Part shown: positions 36,690 to 49,429 of the stretch, one piece after another
Numbering within the stretch: position 1 is the stretch's first letter
Layout: every line of letters begins with the position of its first letter
Assembly (NCBI GenBank): GCA_030264375.1
Contig: JASCQW010000043.1
Coordinates: forward strand, 32,209,960 to 32,273,959
Direction of reading: 5' to 3'
From: Carcharhinus longimanus
Taxonomy: Eukaryota
DNA: 64,000 nt
Notes under the pieces: generated by a model
Databases searched by the model: none
Told to the model about the DNA's origin: nothing
The model's input: only the letters and a program-made list of their open reading frames with translations
Made by a program: the position numbers and the translations under genes

Positions 36690-37910
36690 GTCACATACAG
36701 TGAAAAATATTGTTTCTTACACGCTATACAGACAAAACATACCATTCATAGAGAAGGAAAGGAGACAGTATAGAATGTAATGTTACAGTCACAGCTAGAG
36801 AAAGATCAACTTAATGCAAGGTAAGTTCATTCAAAAGTGACAGCAGCAGGAAAGAAACTATTCTTAAGTCAGTTGGTACATGACTTCAGAATTTTGTATC
36901 ATTTTCCAAGAAGGTGGAAGAGAGAATGTCCGGGGTGCGTGGGGTCCTTAATTATGCCGGCTGTTTTGCCAAGGCAGCAGGAAGTGTAGACAGAGTCAAT
37001 GGATGGGAGGCTGGTTTGCGTGATGGATTGGGCTACATTCATGATCNNNNNNNNNNNNNNNNNNNNNNNNNNNNNNNNNNNNNNNNNNNNNNNNNNNNNN
37101 NNNNNNNNNNNNNNNNNNNNNNNNNNNNNNNNNNNNNNNNNNNNNNCAGCAGGAAGTGTAGACAGAGTCAATGGATGGGAGGCTGGTTTGCGTGATGGAT
37201 TGGGCTACATTCATGACCTTTTGCAGTTCCTTGCAGCCTTAGGCAGAGCAGGAACCTTACCAAGCTGTGATACAACCAAAAAGAATGCTTTCTATGGTGC
37301 ATCTGTAAAAGTTGTGACTGACACACCAAATTTCCTTAGCCTTCTGAGAAAGTAGAGGCACTGGTGGGCTTTCTTAACTATAGTGTCAGCATGGGGGAAC
37401 CAGGACAGGTTGTTGGGAATCTGGATACCTAACAACTTGTAGCTCTCAACCCTTTCTACTTCATCCCCATTGATGTAGGCAGGAGCATATTCTCCTTTAT
37501 GCTTCCTGAACTCAATGACAATCTCCTTCATTTTGTTAACATTGAGGGAGAGATTTTTGTTGCTGCACCAGTTCACCAGATTCTCTATCTCAGTCTGTAC
37601 TCTGTCTCATCTTTGTTTGAGATTGGACCCACTATGGTGGTGTTGTCAGCAAATGTGAAAATCGAATAGGAGGGGAATTTGGCCGTACAATCACAGGTGT
37701 ATAAGGAGCACCATAGGAGGCTAAGAACACAGCCTTGAGGGGCACCTGTGTTGAGGATGATCATGGGGGAGGTGTTGTTGCCTAACTTTATTGATTGTGG
37801 TCTGTGAGTAAGGAAGTTCAGGATCCAGTTGCAGAGGGAGGTGCCGAAGCCCAGGCCACGCAGTCCGGAGGCGACTTTCATGGAAATATTAGTGTTGAAG
37901 GCTGAACTGT
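36690..37910 (-). mobile_element. Rex1/Babar-clade LINE 3' part
   Basis: LCNWILNFLTHRPQ...LNTGAPQGCVLSLL...FADNTTIVG; WCSNKNLSLNVNKMKEIVIEFRK; KKAHQCLYFLRRLRKFG. Confidence 0.92.
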
Positions 37911-39049
37911 AGGAAAGATGAAGATGGAGTGACAAGATATGCATTTAAAGTCATTGCAAAATGTTCACAAGACAAATGGCGGCGACCTGAAATAACCGCA
38001 GAGATTCAAATGAGAAGTATGTTTTGTTTCATTTTTACACATTGCATTTTCGGTTCATCAAAGGACCAAGTATTGACAAATTGAGAGTGAGCACTTTTGT
38101 TGAACTTTGCACACAATTCCCTCCCAAGCTCTTTAAGTTCTGTACAAAAACAACACCTAACCATGTAATTGCAGTTAAAATTAGTACTAGGTAATACCGG
38201 GTGCACAGTGAAGAAAAGATAGTTCCCCGTTATAGTTAACACTGGACAATAGGGGGTGAATAACATATGAGTGACATTGGGATCACATCGTGCACGAATC
38301 AAGCATATGTAAAATTTGGCCTTAAAAATGTTCCTTTATTGCTTTTTTTACAAATATCTGTCTATCTTCACAGCCATGCAGTGCACACAGTGGCGTTTTT
38401 AAACAGTTACTCATTATATTCCCAAGCTTTGGCAGGGAGCGATCAGAGCGTCGCATATATGTGACAGTCAGACTGGGATGTCGGGGATAATGGAAAAAAC
38501 GGGTTGGAATTTGCGACCGTTCTGAACCGAGTCTTCCCTGAATTGAACGCCGCCGCCTTGAGTCCAATAACATAGGCTCTGTTTCCCAACAGACGTGGAG
38601 GGCGGTGAGGGNNNNNNNNNNNNNNNNNNNNNNNNNNNNNNNNNNNNNNNNNNNNNNNNNNNNNNNNNNNNNNNNNNNNNNNNNNNNNNNNNNNNNNNNN
38701 NNNNNNNNNNNNNNNNNNNNNNNNNNNNNNNNNNNNNNNNNNNNNNNNNNNNNNNNNNNNNNNNNNNNNNNNNNNNNNNNNNNNNNNNNNNNNNNNNNNN
38801 NNNNNNNNNNNNNNNNNNNNNNNNNNNNNNNNNNNNNNNNNNNNNNNNNNNNNNNNNNNNNNNNNNNNNNNNNNNNNNNNNNNNNNNNNNNNNNNNNNNN
38901 NNNNNNNNNNNNNNNNNNNNNNNNNNNNNAAAATTAGATTGTCGTGGGGGAGAGAGAGGGGCAAAGATAGAAAGAGGGACAGAGATCAGTTTGGGGGATG
39001 GGAAACCTTCCCCTCCAAACGTTGCGTGACGCTCCTTAACGGCCCTTGA

Positions 39050-39260
39050 CTCATTTTTCCACTTGGCTGATCCATGGCTGAACTGTAAACTTAAAATGAC
39101 ATGGTCTCATTAATTTGGCACAGACTGCAAGACGTGGTCATTTTACCCAGCAAGCCATTGCCTAATACGAGAATTACAACATGAGTGAACTTTCCAATAC
39201 CTTAAACACACAAATCCAGCCATTTACAATCAAACGGGGCACGGTACATTAATATAGACT
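39050..39260. promoter_or_regulatory. Candidate conserved non-coding element
   Basis: Unique, complex sequence with tgtaaac, cattaatt, atttac and atcaaa motifs inside the CpG-retaining domain; conservation untested. Confidence 0.3.
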
Positions 39261-42200
39261 ATATATAAAGATAATCTATTATCCATGATTGCGCGCAAGA
39301 CTACATATAGAAATACATTGTTATAAATTGTTCGAATTGTTATTTAATTTAAACGTGTGTTATTTGTCAAGCCTTTTACTTACAAGACTGATAAATATTC
39401 CAATCTGCCGAATTAATAATTCATAGGGCCCATTAATCACTTGTTTATTTGTGCTCTAAATATGTTGGCAAAATAGGCAGGCCGCATATGCAATATGTGC
39501 AAGGGAGCGATTTTAATTCAAACATGGAAGGTTTCAGACTTGACAGTGAGGTTCAATGCCTTCGAATAATAACATCAATCCATAGACTGCAAATAACCAG
39601 AGCACTCTGTCCCATCAGTGCGAATGTGGAGCATAGGGACCAGATACCCAGCCAACAGCTCATTGTTTGCGCGGACAAATATTACAGATCCAAATGTACA
39701 CTTATATTTGTGTCTGCATTAAAGATTTTACTCAATCACTTAAGCAACATTCCCTTAAAGTATAAGCATTATGACTGAAAATGTCTTAAACTGATGTTAA
39801 CAGTTATATATGTTATATATATTTATATACACACACTTTGTTACTGTTTATTATTCAGGGCTTTTTGGAATCAAATAAATGAGTGACTAAACGGTACAAA
39901 CGACGCCATTTTCGTGTTCTAACATCGCTGCAATCATCAGTAGCAAGGAAGATTAACGTATCAACGTGAAGTGTAGAATGCGGCATCGGCCACGAGGAGA
40001 ATATACACCATTTAATTTTTTTTTCAGTTTAAAATATTTATCGGAAAGTACACATTCCGGAACGGAAGATGATTTGGGGTTTTTATTTTGACAGGTTGAC
40101 TCCTGGGTTTTCATTATATTATCCCTTTTGACAGCGTAAGCATTAGCTGTGCGGAATTCCGTAGTTTTAGTTAAGGTGAGTGCTCCCACCCCATTAACTC
40201 GCCTCATTGATTGCCACCACTTTTCTCTCAATTGACCCAGAGATAAACCCCGCCACTCCCGAGTCATCATTTTGTCACCGACTGAATGAGGTCTGTCATA
40301 TTCTTGGCATCGAATATGACAGAAACAAGAGTTTTTTTTTCTCGGGGTCAAGCAGTTCTCCTATGAAATTTAAATCTGAAAGTAATACCATCAATATTTT
40401 TGCACGTGGTCCTGTCATGACCTTGTCTACTGGAATAGATTAACTGAATTTCGGAGATGTTTTCCTTTCTTATGTGAAGCAGAGACCTCAATGTTATTGA
40501 CACTATTTAAATCGTTCTAATGATGGCTTCTGAAAATCCTTTAAATCATTGTTAATATAAAATGAACAATATTTAACGGCGTGGCATAAACAAAGCAAAG
40601 GGACAGATTAGAATAAACAAGTCTGAAAATTGTAAATTATTCATCTGTTTTTCCAAAACAATCCGCTCGATTATACAAAAAATAGAAATGGCCGCTTTGT
40701 GTCAATTCCTGAATTGTTTACAGGACCTATGACTGCTTTCTCTTGGCCTCTTTTGATTCACACGTTTCTAGTATCCTAGATCCTTTCCCCCTACGCTCCC
40801 TTAACATCGAGGTGCATCCCGCCTGTATTTAGCTTGATGTGTGTGTGTGTCTTCTCTGGGACCCCAGTAATATTTACAAACTTCCAATGGCATATTTGAG
40901 CCATCTTCAACTATCTTCAAAGGAAGTTGGAGTAGAAATCCGCAGTGCAGTGAGGGACGATACCATTTTTTTCTATCTCAATTAAAATTGGCTAATTGGC
41001 ATTCATATTCTTTTAAGTAAGTTAGTTTACGGGCAAACCGATTCTGATACAAGTCTAGCGATTCCTCGCGCTCTATGCGTTCTTTCAGGAGGACATTCTT
41101 CGCACTATTATTAGATTCGTATTTATTGTAAGACTGGAACATGAAACTTTCAGTGCCCCAAGTTATAATAACAGTACAAGAAACTCTCAATTATCTGATA
41201 ATAAGTCACAAAAACACAGATATGTAGAGAATGAGTAACATTTAATTGCTTAACAATATCCAGCCTTCCAAGTTAACTTTAGCTGAACTAAATTGACGTT
41301 TTTACTGATACTATCTATAAGTCTGCGGTTTAAAGTACTATAAATAAAACAATTGCGAATTAAAACTGAACCCTTGCTCTCTAGGGGAGCACTTTCAGAC
41401 TTGTGCACTTTTTTTTGCAGCGAACTTCTTGAGAGTACTTAGCGGAAATTGGAAACGTGTTATATTATCTGTAACAAGAAGGGCTTATAGGTAACTAGCT
41501 GACCACGGAGTCTCTCCCTGTTAAGGTAAAATCACTACGTTTCATTATGTCTGTGTGGGGTCATTTTAAATGAAAAAAAGGGAGAAGGTCTCTTGATATC
41601 CAGATGTGACATATGGTGATCACATGTGGGCTAACATGTATTTGTGTGTGGCTCATGTCACAAACAAATGGAAATGTAAAGTGCTCTACCTCACATTATA
41701 AGTAGGACAAATGTAGTTGGAAAAACTCACTAACCACAAAAAGCACGGTCTAATCTTCTACTTAAGTATAATCTAAAAAACAATCTAACCAATGAAGTAT
41801 GAAATCATAACATCATTGGGATCTGAACGAGCGGTAAAGTTCCTGTGTGAGCTGAGGAGACATCGACAGCTCTTGGCTGCTGCCCAAGGTGGTCTATAGG
41901 CACAGGAGAATGTAATTGGGGAATTGGTCAACAATCACCTACCCTGCAATCTGCAAGGGTGCAATCAGTCTTTGACATTTGTTTGAGGCATGGTTTGGCA
42001 GCTTCACGACTCTGGTGGTAAGCCTTCTGGCAAACTGTTATGCTACATAATGTACAAACATTAATACATAACAGCTTCCTCTTCTTGCCCATATGAATAG
42101 TTGTTTTGTTTCAGTTAAACGAAAATTACCCTCAAGCCAAGGGAAATGTTTGTTGTGCTGCAGTCCTAGAGAATTAGATACAACAAAAAAGCTCTTGTGG

Positions 42201-43779
42201 GATGTGGAGAGCAGACAAGCGGCTGCTATGAAGGCCTGTTTTGCCTAAAGACAAGGAAATTCTTCCACAAGTCTTGGTGGGATTCCGAGCAGTGAAAATT
42301 GCTGGTCTCTGGTTTGTATTTTGTTCCGTGCGAGGATGTGCGGTGGGGAGGGGGGGGGGGGGGGCACTTTATAACCACCGCAATCTTNNNNNNNNNNNNN
42401 NNNNNNNNNNNNNNNNNNNNNNNNNNNNNNNNNNNNNNNNNNNNGCACATAACAACATTTCATATAGCCTTACATTAAAGTCTTTGCATTACACAAAGAT
42501 ATTTACCAAACAATGCATGAAATCCAACAAAAACTTCTAATTTCGAGGAATATATATGACCTACTAATTGAATTGAATTTGAAATGACAAAATGCAGAAA
42601 GGTTATCTAATTCAAAGTGCTAAATCCAATTTATTTAATTTATTCAACATATGTATTTCCAAATTACTTTATCATATTGTAATAGGTACATGACCTCAGT
42701 GACTACGGCACCACAGAAGTATTTCGCTGACTTGGAAAAACATTGAGAATCCCAGAGATGTGAACAGTGCCATATAAATGCAAGTTCTTCATTTCTACTC
42801 ACATTAGTAAATAGCATAAATATCGAAACAGGCATATATTTCTAATAAAGCGTTTCATATGTTAATACCATTATAAAATCACCTTGGTTGTTTATTCTGG
42901 ATACCGTACTTTTTTTAAAAAAAGGTCAGGCATTTTGAGGTTTGATAACCTGTTTAAATCATGTATTGAGAAAATTGAAAACTATTCTGCAATTGTGGTA
43001 CAAAGATGTGGAAGAATAAATATTCTCAGTTCTGGGACGTTCAGAACCGTGAGACAAAAATGCCATCACCTTTCGTATGAATGAAAGGGAAACCCCTTCA
43101 GTATGTGTTCAGCAAAATGGAAGGGAGGGGTGGCGGTGGGGGTCTGGTGAATCAAGTAACCCAAAAAGAACGAGTCAATTTCCGACACTGTGTAACTAAA
43201 CTGAACAGTATTTTTTAAAAAAAAATCACTTTTGATAGCATTACATGTAATAGCAGTTTTGGGGGCGGGGGTGGTAGGTGGTGTGGGGGGGAGGTGGAAT
43301 CCGAGCTTCGTCAGCATTTTGCAACTAATGTGCTAATATAAATTTCAAAAGCTGAAAAGAACAATTAGTATTTGGAAATCTCCGCCTCCTTTTAAATCTG
43401 GCGCTGTGAAATAATAAATGTTCGGGGTTTTGGGGTTAGCCCGTTACCACTTACATCAAAATCTAGCGAAGTAATCTCCGAAATAACTATGAGTGCAACT
43501 CAGCGGCCATTGAGAGCAGTCGCATTCTGCAATGGGAAATATTTACTTCAGTCACTGCTGCATTATTATTCCCATTACTCACCAGCTCGAGAGGTAAGTT
43601 ATCTCATAATTCACATTCCCAGGAGTCTGCATCTTATATACTTTAAATAAACTTCAAAAGGTTGAACTTGACACAGTGCGGGGAAAGTTTTGGTCTTGTA
43701 CTCTGTGTAATAATTGTGTTTTACGAAGTTCTGAGACCTCTAAGGTAAAGCACCGAAATGGAAAACTCTATTCTAAACA

Positions 43780-44160
43780 ATCTAACCTTTGCTTTTAAAG
43801 CGAGTGCGCGGTTTCTCCCCCTGGCTTCAAAAATAAAATAAAAATAGCTGCGATTTTTTTGGAGCTCCGTGACATTTGTTATTCCGTGCCAGTGTAACCG
43901 GAGAATCCGGATCCGAGGAAAGAGAAAGTGGAGGCGACTCTGGCAGAGCAGGCCGGGGCGCCCGCTGTGCAATGTTTCCACTGACGATTCGGTCAAGTTC
44001 ACAAGGCTAGTTCTGCCAGTATAAGTGGTCCCAACCTACATCCCAGGAGACTATACTTGAGAGTGCAGCTCTGTTCCGTAGAAAGGGGGAGGGGAAGGGG
44101 GAATGGGGTAGACGGAGGGTGGAGGGGGGTGGAGGCGAGGGAGGAGGGGGGTGCAAAGCA
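43780..44160. promoter_or_regulatory. CpG/GC-rich promoter-like segment with a G-tract array
   Basis: gcgagtgcgcgg, ccggatccgagg, ggccggggcgcccgc; G-runs at 44085-44152. Confidence 0.35.
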
Positions 44161-44167
44161 TACTTAC

Positions 44168-44227
44168 ACAGAGTCCTGGCCTGCCCGAGTAGACAAGAGG
44201 GCGTTTTTTTTGATATCTGGTTTCCGA
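44168..44227 (-). other. Candidate 60-nt exon of a minus-strand transcript
   Basis: Minus acceptor ttaatttcttgttttaacttccag and donor gtaagtatg. Confidence 0.4.
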
Positions 44228-44868
44228 CTGGAAGTTAAAACAAGAAATTAAACCATGGGGGTCCGCTTCACTCAGCTGTCTTAGAACAGCTGCTGTGCAA
44301 TTTTGCACTAAAGGAAGGAAAGTATAAATTTGTTCTGTTTTCATAGGGAGTCTAAAGTACAAATTTAGTCAATGTCAATGCCTTCTTTCAAGGGAGGTTC
44401 AACTCTGCAACCTGAATGAGACTCTTTTTAGAATTGATAAGACTTCAGGTTTTAGATCCAGCGGCGGATGTGAATACATAGCTACCCAGGACAGACGAAC
44501 ACGGCCCGGCATTACAGCCGAGATTCCTAAGGGTCTGTCAAAAAAAAGGGTTTTTAAAAGAGTGGGTGCGGATTTAAAAATATAAAATTCAATTCGATCA
44601 GTTCATATTTTTAAAAACCCAAATGAATAAAAGCAGAGCAGTCTGGCGTTTTTTTTCCCTAAACTTAAAATACATCTGGAGATCGAGAGCTCCTTTCATT
44701 TCTGCAGAAGTGATGGTAAAAGGAAATGCAGGAGCAGAAGTTTCAGGCTTATTGCACCTTTATTGCTGAAATTGAACTCGCAAAGGCATTATTTACAAAT
44801 TACTTAGAAATCGCCACTTTACACAAGGGGGATGGTTTCCCTATCCCCTTCGCTACAAAACGGCTTAC

Positions 44869-45030
44869 TGGTCAGGTTTGTAATCCCCAAACGAGGCCAG
44901 AATGATCTCAGCTAAGCACAATAAAGTATCCCTTTTCACACTGCCCATGTCACAGGAGAAAGCAGTTCTTTCCCCATTAGCACTGGCTGTGAGCTTCACT
45001 TGTGTGGTCCCGGCAGAAAAGTTCATAAAA
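44869..45030 (-). other. Candidate 162-nt exon of a minus-strand transcript, overlapping an enhancer-like block
   Basis: Minus acceptor tttatgtttattttacag and donor CCA|gtaagc; one continuous open frame. Confidence 0.33.
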
Positions 45031-46979
45031 CTGTAAAATAAACATAAATTCTGAAGCCTGTAATCCAAACCTGAATCAATAAATCATATCGTAATCGTTA
45101 TTGAGAACAGCTCCTTCTATTTTTGTTTGAGTCTTTGCTAAAATTCTTTATCTAAGGGAGGCGGGGGGTGTGGGGGGAGGGGGGCGGGGGCGGCTTGGGG
45201 GTGTGGGGGAGGTGGAGGGCTGGTGGGATGTGGAAAGGATGAAACAACTTGTACACGTCCAGGGGCCTGGTAGCAGCAGCTCTGCAGCAGAACAAATAAA
45301 CACAGAATTAAATAGAAATCTTAAAATGTTAAATGATAAAGAAAACACAAGTCACACACGTAAGTATATTACTTACAGCAATAACATAGGCCAGTACAAT
45401 GTTATATGTGCCAATACAATAGTTTTCATTTAATAAGCATTACATGTGGCAATAATTGATACATTAGAAAAAATATGCATCAGTGTAACATAAACAAGTG
45501 GTTAAAATTGAAGAATTGAAGTACTAATTGAAAAGTCCTCCCAACACAAGCACCGAGATATGCCAAGGAAATCAAGTGATTAATCTGTTGTTCATTTTTT
45601 TTTCTCTCTCTCTCTGAGAAGTGAATTGAATGCTGTGCAAATCGCAGATGGAAGTGAAGGTTCGATTGAATGGAAAGGGATGGCTAAATCCCACACCAAG
45701 GTGGAAGCAGGTGGAAGCGAGTAAGCTGTATGTTAGGAAGCACCGACGGTCACCGCATTAGCTTTACTTATCCTCATACCACAGTGTGGGAGATGAGTGA
45801 TAACGCCAAACTGGACACATTTTAACATTCATTCCAAAATTTCTTATTAGCGGAGCGCTGATTCGTTTTCTCATTCTTTGACTTTCACCCTACAAAACGG
45901 AAGGACAGTCAAAACAATCGGAAGAAAAAGCGCGTTTGTCTCCAAAAAAACTCGATCCCCACGCCCAATATTTATAGAACAGTGGCTTTAAGGACCCAAG
46001 TTGTGAGCACCATCTTTCGAGACCACCCGCGTTCTTTCACCAATGAAGTCAATGGTAGATTCGACAGTGCAACACTTTCCACAGGCATTCAATCTAACCG
46101 CGGAAATGGGAATCGCGCGCTGAAATCCAAAAATAGCTGCCAGCCATTCTCAATTGGTCCAATACCCTGAAATGAGAGAGAAAGCGCATACACAAGGGCC
46201 TTTTACCCATTGGTAAAAATGATGGGGGAACTTCATGAAGTGAATAAGAATGAATTGAAGCGAGAGCAGAATGTGGTCATTTGGAGCGTAAATAGCAGAG
46301 AAAGTCAAAAGACAAGCTTACTCAAACAAGGCGAGGAGCCTTTAGAACTTTCCTGGCTTTCTTATTTTCAAAGTCAACAGTCTAAAGTTATTACGATACT
46401 TCATGATAAGTTTATGAAGACACAGAACAATTTCAATCTGACCCCTGGGATTTGAGAACCCTGCCAGAAAAGTCCTCAAATACCCACATTGACAGATCGA
46501 CCAAAACGATATTTCACACAATGCAGTAAAAATAATATTTGTCTTTCTGCTTTCCAGCCGCTTCTTGCTTGACAGACGAAAATTATTTTCTTACTGCGCT
46601 CCAAAAGCGGTGATCTAGATGAAGGGAGGTTTGTTTGTTTAAAGCAATGATTTCATCCTAAACGTCTGGACGCAAATAACGAGCGGTTTAATAAAAGGTC
46701 ATTGCAAAGACGATTGGTAACGCTGCCATTTTAACCCAGGAAGGGAAATTCGGAGGGAATATAGGGCAATTGTGAGCATTAATGTTAAATACCACAATGC
46801 GTATTAACAAAACAACACAGTATTGTTTATTAATGTTGGCGTGGTTCACCCCCATTGTCCTAAGTTACAGCGTTCTGTTGTGCTAGGGTCCATTGTCAGC
46901 GAGAGACACCTTTCCTATGAGCTGGGTGCAAAGGCCGTGCCTGCTCCCACCAGTCTGATATTGCGGCATTGGTTCTTTC

Positions 46980-47560
46980 AGAACATAGAGCTTGGGAGCA
47001 TCAATAGGACATTCAGCCCTTCCAGCTTGCTCCGGCATTCAATAAGATAATGGCTGATCTGGTTATGGTCTTCACTCCAGTTCCCTGTCACCACCCCCCT
47101 CCCCTCCACCCTTCCCCCCCGCCCCCCACAACCACCACAAAGAACAAAGAACAACACAGCACGGGAAACGGGCCCTTCGGCCCAACGAGCCCGCGCCACC
47201 ATCTTAACAATGTGTTTTTCCACCACCACCAATAAGCTTGTCCATCACAATCTGTTTAACTCGCCCTTGAATAAATTCAATGCCCCATCTCCAGTACTCT
47301 CTGTGGAAGAGAATTCCACAAACTAATCTCTCAGAGAAAACAAATCTCCTCACCCTCTTAACAAGGAGACTTCTTATTCTTAAACTGTGAACGCTGGTTC
47401 TCATCACTCCCACAAACGGAAACACCCTCCCGGTATTCACCTTCTCAAATCCCATCAGGATCTTACGTGTTTCAATAAGTTCATCTCTCATTATGTAACC
47501 TCCAATGGGTATAGGTCCAACTTATTCAGTCTTTCTCAATAAGGTAACTTCATAATTCTA
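46980..47560 (-). mobile_element. CR1 3' fragment with a second CR1 tail nested at ~47139-47200
   Basis: MRDELIETRKILMGFEKV...; tails gaacatagagcttgggagc and aagaacaaagaacaacacagcacgggaaacgggcccttcggccc. Confidence 0.85.
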
Positions 47561-47609
47561 TTGTCCTTTACATTTATCAGATATGTGCTTAGTTTCTTTA
47601 AGAATTCGG

Positions 47610-48025
47610 GTGCATGATGGCACAGTGCTTAGCACTGCTGCCTCATAGCGCTAGGGACTCGGGTCTAATTATGGCTTGGGTCATTGTCTATGTGGAGATT
47701 GTATGTTCACCCCATATCTGCGTGGGTTTCCTCCGGGTGTTCCGGTTTCGTCCCACACTCCAAAGATGAGCCTGTTAGGTGGATTGAACATGCTAAGTTG
47801 ACTCTCACACCGGAATTTTACCTGCACGCCCGCCCGAGGCTCACAAGATTGCACCCAAGGCCAATGGAGGAATCGGGGTGAGCATGCTGGCAAAAGGGCT
47901 TTAGTGTCAGGGGGATTAGCAAGGGTAAATACATGGGCTTATGAGGATAGGACCTGGGTGGCATTGTGATCGGACTCGATGTGTCAAATGGTCTTCTTCT
48001 GCACTGTAGGGATTCTATTCTATGA
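47610..48025 (+). mobile_element. HE1 V-SINE carrying a ~90-bp MITE-like insert (~47808-47898)
   Basis: Head, V-domain and tail are intact around an insert beginning ccggaattttacc. Confidence 0.85.
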
Positions 48026-48069
48026 TGATGGATCTCCCTATAGTGTATGATCCTGAATTAGTTGAAGCG

Positions 48070-48370
48070 TCAATAACGAAGAGGCATAATGTTAAGTTGA
48101 TGGGCAAGAGATTCAGAGGAGATTTGAGGACAACAGTTTTCACCCAGAGGGTAGTGGGAGTCTGGAATGCACTGCCTGAGAGGGTAGTGGAAGCAGGAAA
48201 CCTCACAACCTTTAAAAAGTACGTGGATGAGCACTTACAGTGTTACAACATTCAAGACAATGGGCCAAGTGCTGGAAAGTGGAGTTAATGTAGGTTTAGT
48301 GTAGTTTTGTCGGTGCAGTCTCGATGAGCCGAAGGGCTTTTCTGTATTCTATGGCTCTGTGACTCTATGA
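48070..48370 (+). mobile_element. CR1 3' fragment
   Basis: GKRFRGDLRTTVFTQRVVGVWNALPERVVEAGNLTTFKKYVD; tail ctatggctctgtgactctatga. Confidence 0.9.
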
Positions 48371-48789
48371 ACGTGCCTAAATAAACCATACTTCAATTGC
48401 ATTCATAGAATGGCTGCAGAGAGAATGGGGCCGTTCGGCCCATTCTATCTGTGCTGACTCTCTGAAGGATTAATTCAAATGGTGCCATACCCCACCCCCG
48501 CCCTTCCGCCTTCTCCCCTACGAAGTTGGGAAGGATCCCGTGTGAATGACATTGGTTCAAGGCAAAGGGAACATTGCTAAATCTAGCTGCCGACTCAGTA
48601 TTTATAACTGCAGACAAAGAGAGAAGGTTAATTCAAGAACAACTGATCAACTGTTTGTTGTGTCGGTCACAGTAGATTGGAGATTCTGTTCCATTCATTT
48701 ATTCCCCAGTGGTGGTGGGGGGAATAAATACATCTAAAAACCTGAGACATCTCACTTTAGCGAGCGTAGCGTTCTTCTCCAGTCTTCCC

Positions 48790-49070
48790 AGTTGGCCTGA
48801 TTAAATTCTTGCTTCCCTTTGGAAAATTAAAATTCCAATAAATCAAGTAGTAGTCATCAAACAAGTCTGCCAGCGAGTCTGGAAAGTCATGTTTGGAAAT
48901 AAATATATGGCAGAAAAGCAATGTGTTATTTTTCGCAGAGGACTGTTATTAATTAACAATCCTGCCTCAGCGGTGGTTTTTCGATTTTCCCCCCTAAATA
49001 TTGTCAAAGCGGCAGTAATTGTCTCTCCGCCTCGGGCGGGAGAATTTTGTTTTAACGTTTCTAAACTTCA
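48790..49070. promoter_or_regulatory. Candidate conserved non-coding element
   Basis: Unique island between TEs with tgattaa, ttaattaa, aacaat and tgtcaaag motifs and retained CpGs. Confidence 0.3.
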
Positions 49071-49429
49071 AACAAAAAGGACCTGCTCTGGGGTACGTCA
49101 CTGGGACTGAACATTATAACAGTATGTGACTCGGGGTCTTGGGAGTGTTCTGGCTGTCGGCATTAAAGTGTTTGCGGAAGAAACAAGCATTCCTACCCCA
49201 CCTTCCACAACAGTCTCTGGCCATTTTCAGCAACCGTCAAGTTTGATAAAATGTGACGGCAGAATATGGGACAGTTCCAATATAGTCCACGGCTTTACTC
49301 AATCAAGTGCACAATCACATAAGAACTGCCTCAACTGTGACCCATCATATCCTTCCACCCTCCCATAAACACAGAATCTCATGCTTGGCTCGCCAACAGC
49401 CAAGGCCCATCAGCGTCAGTAAATACTGG

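Noticed and set aside
41375-41392. CTCF-like tgctctctaggggagcac
   Set aside because: Several mismatches to the core; not supportable without PWM or ChIP data
41608-41661. Possible pre-miRNA hairpin tgtgacat...atgtcaca
   Set aside because: Only ~8 bp of terminal pairing; no known mature miRNA recognised
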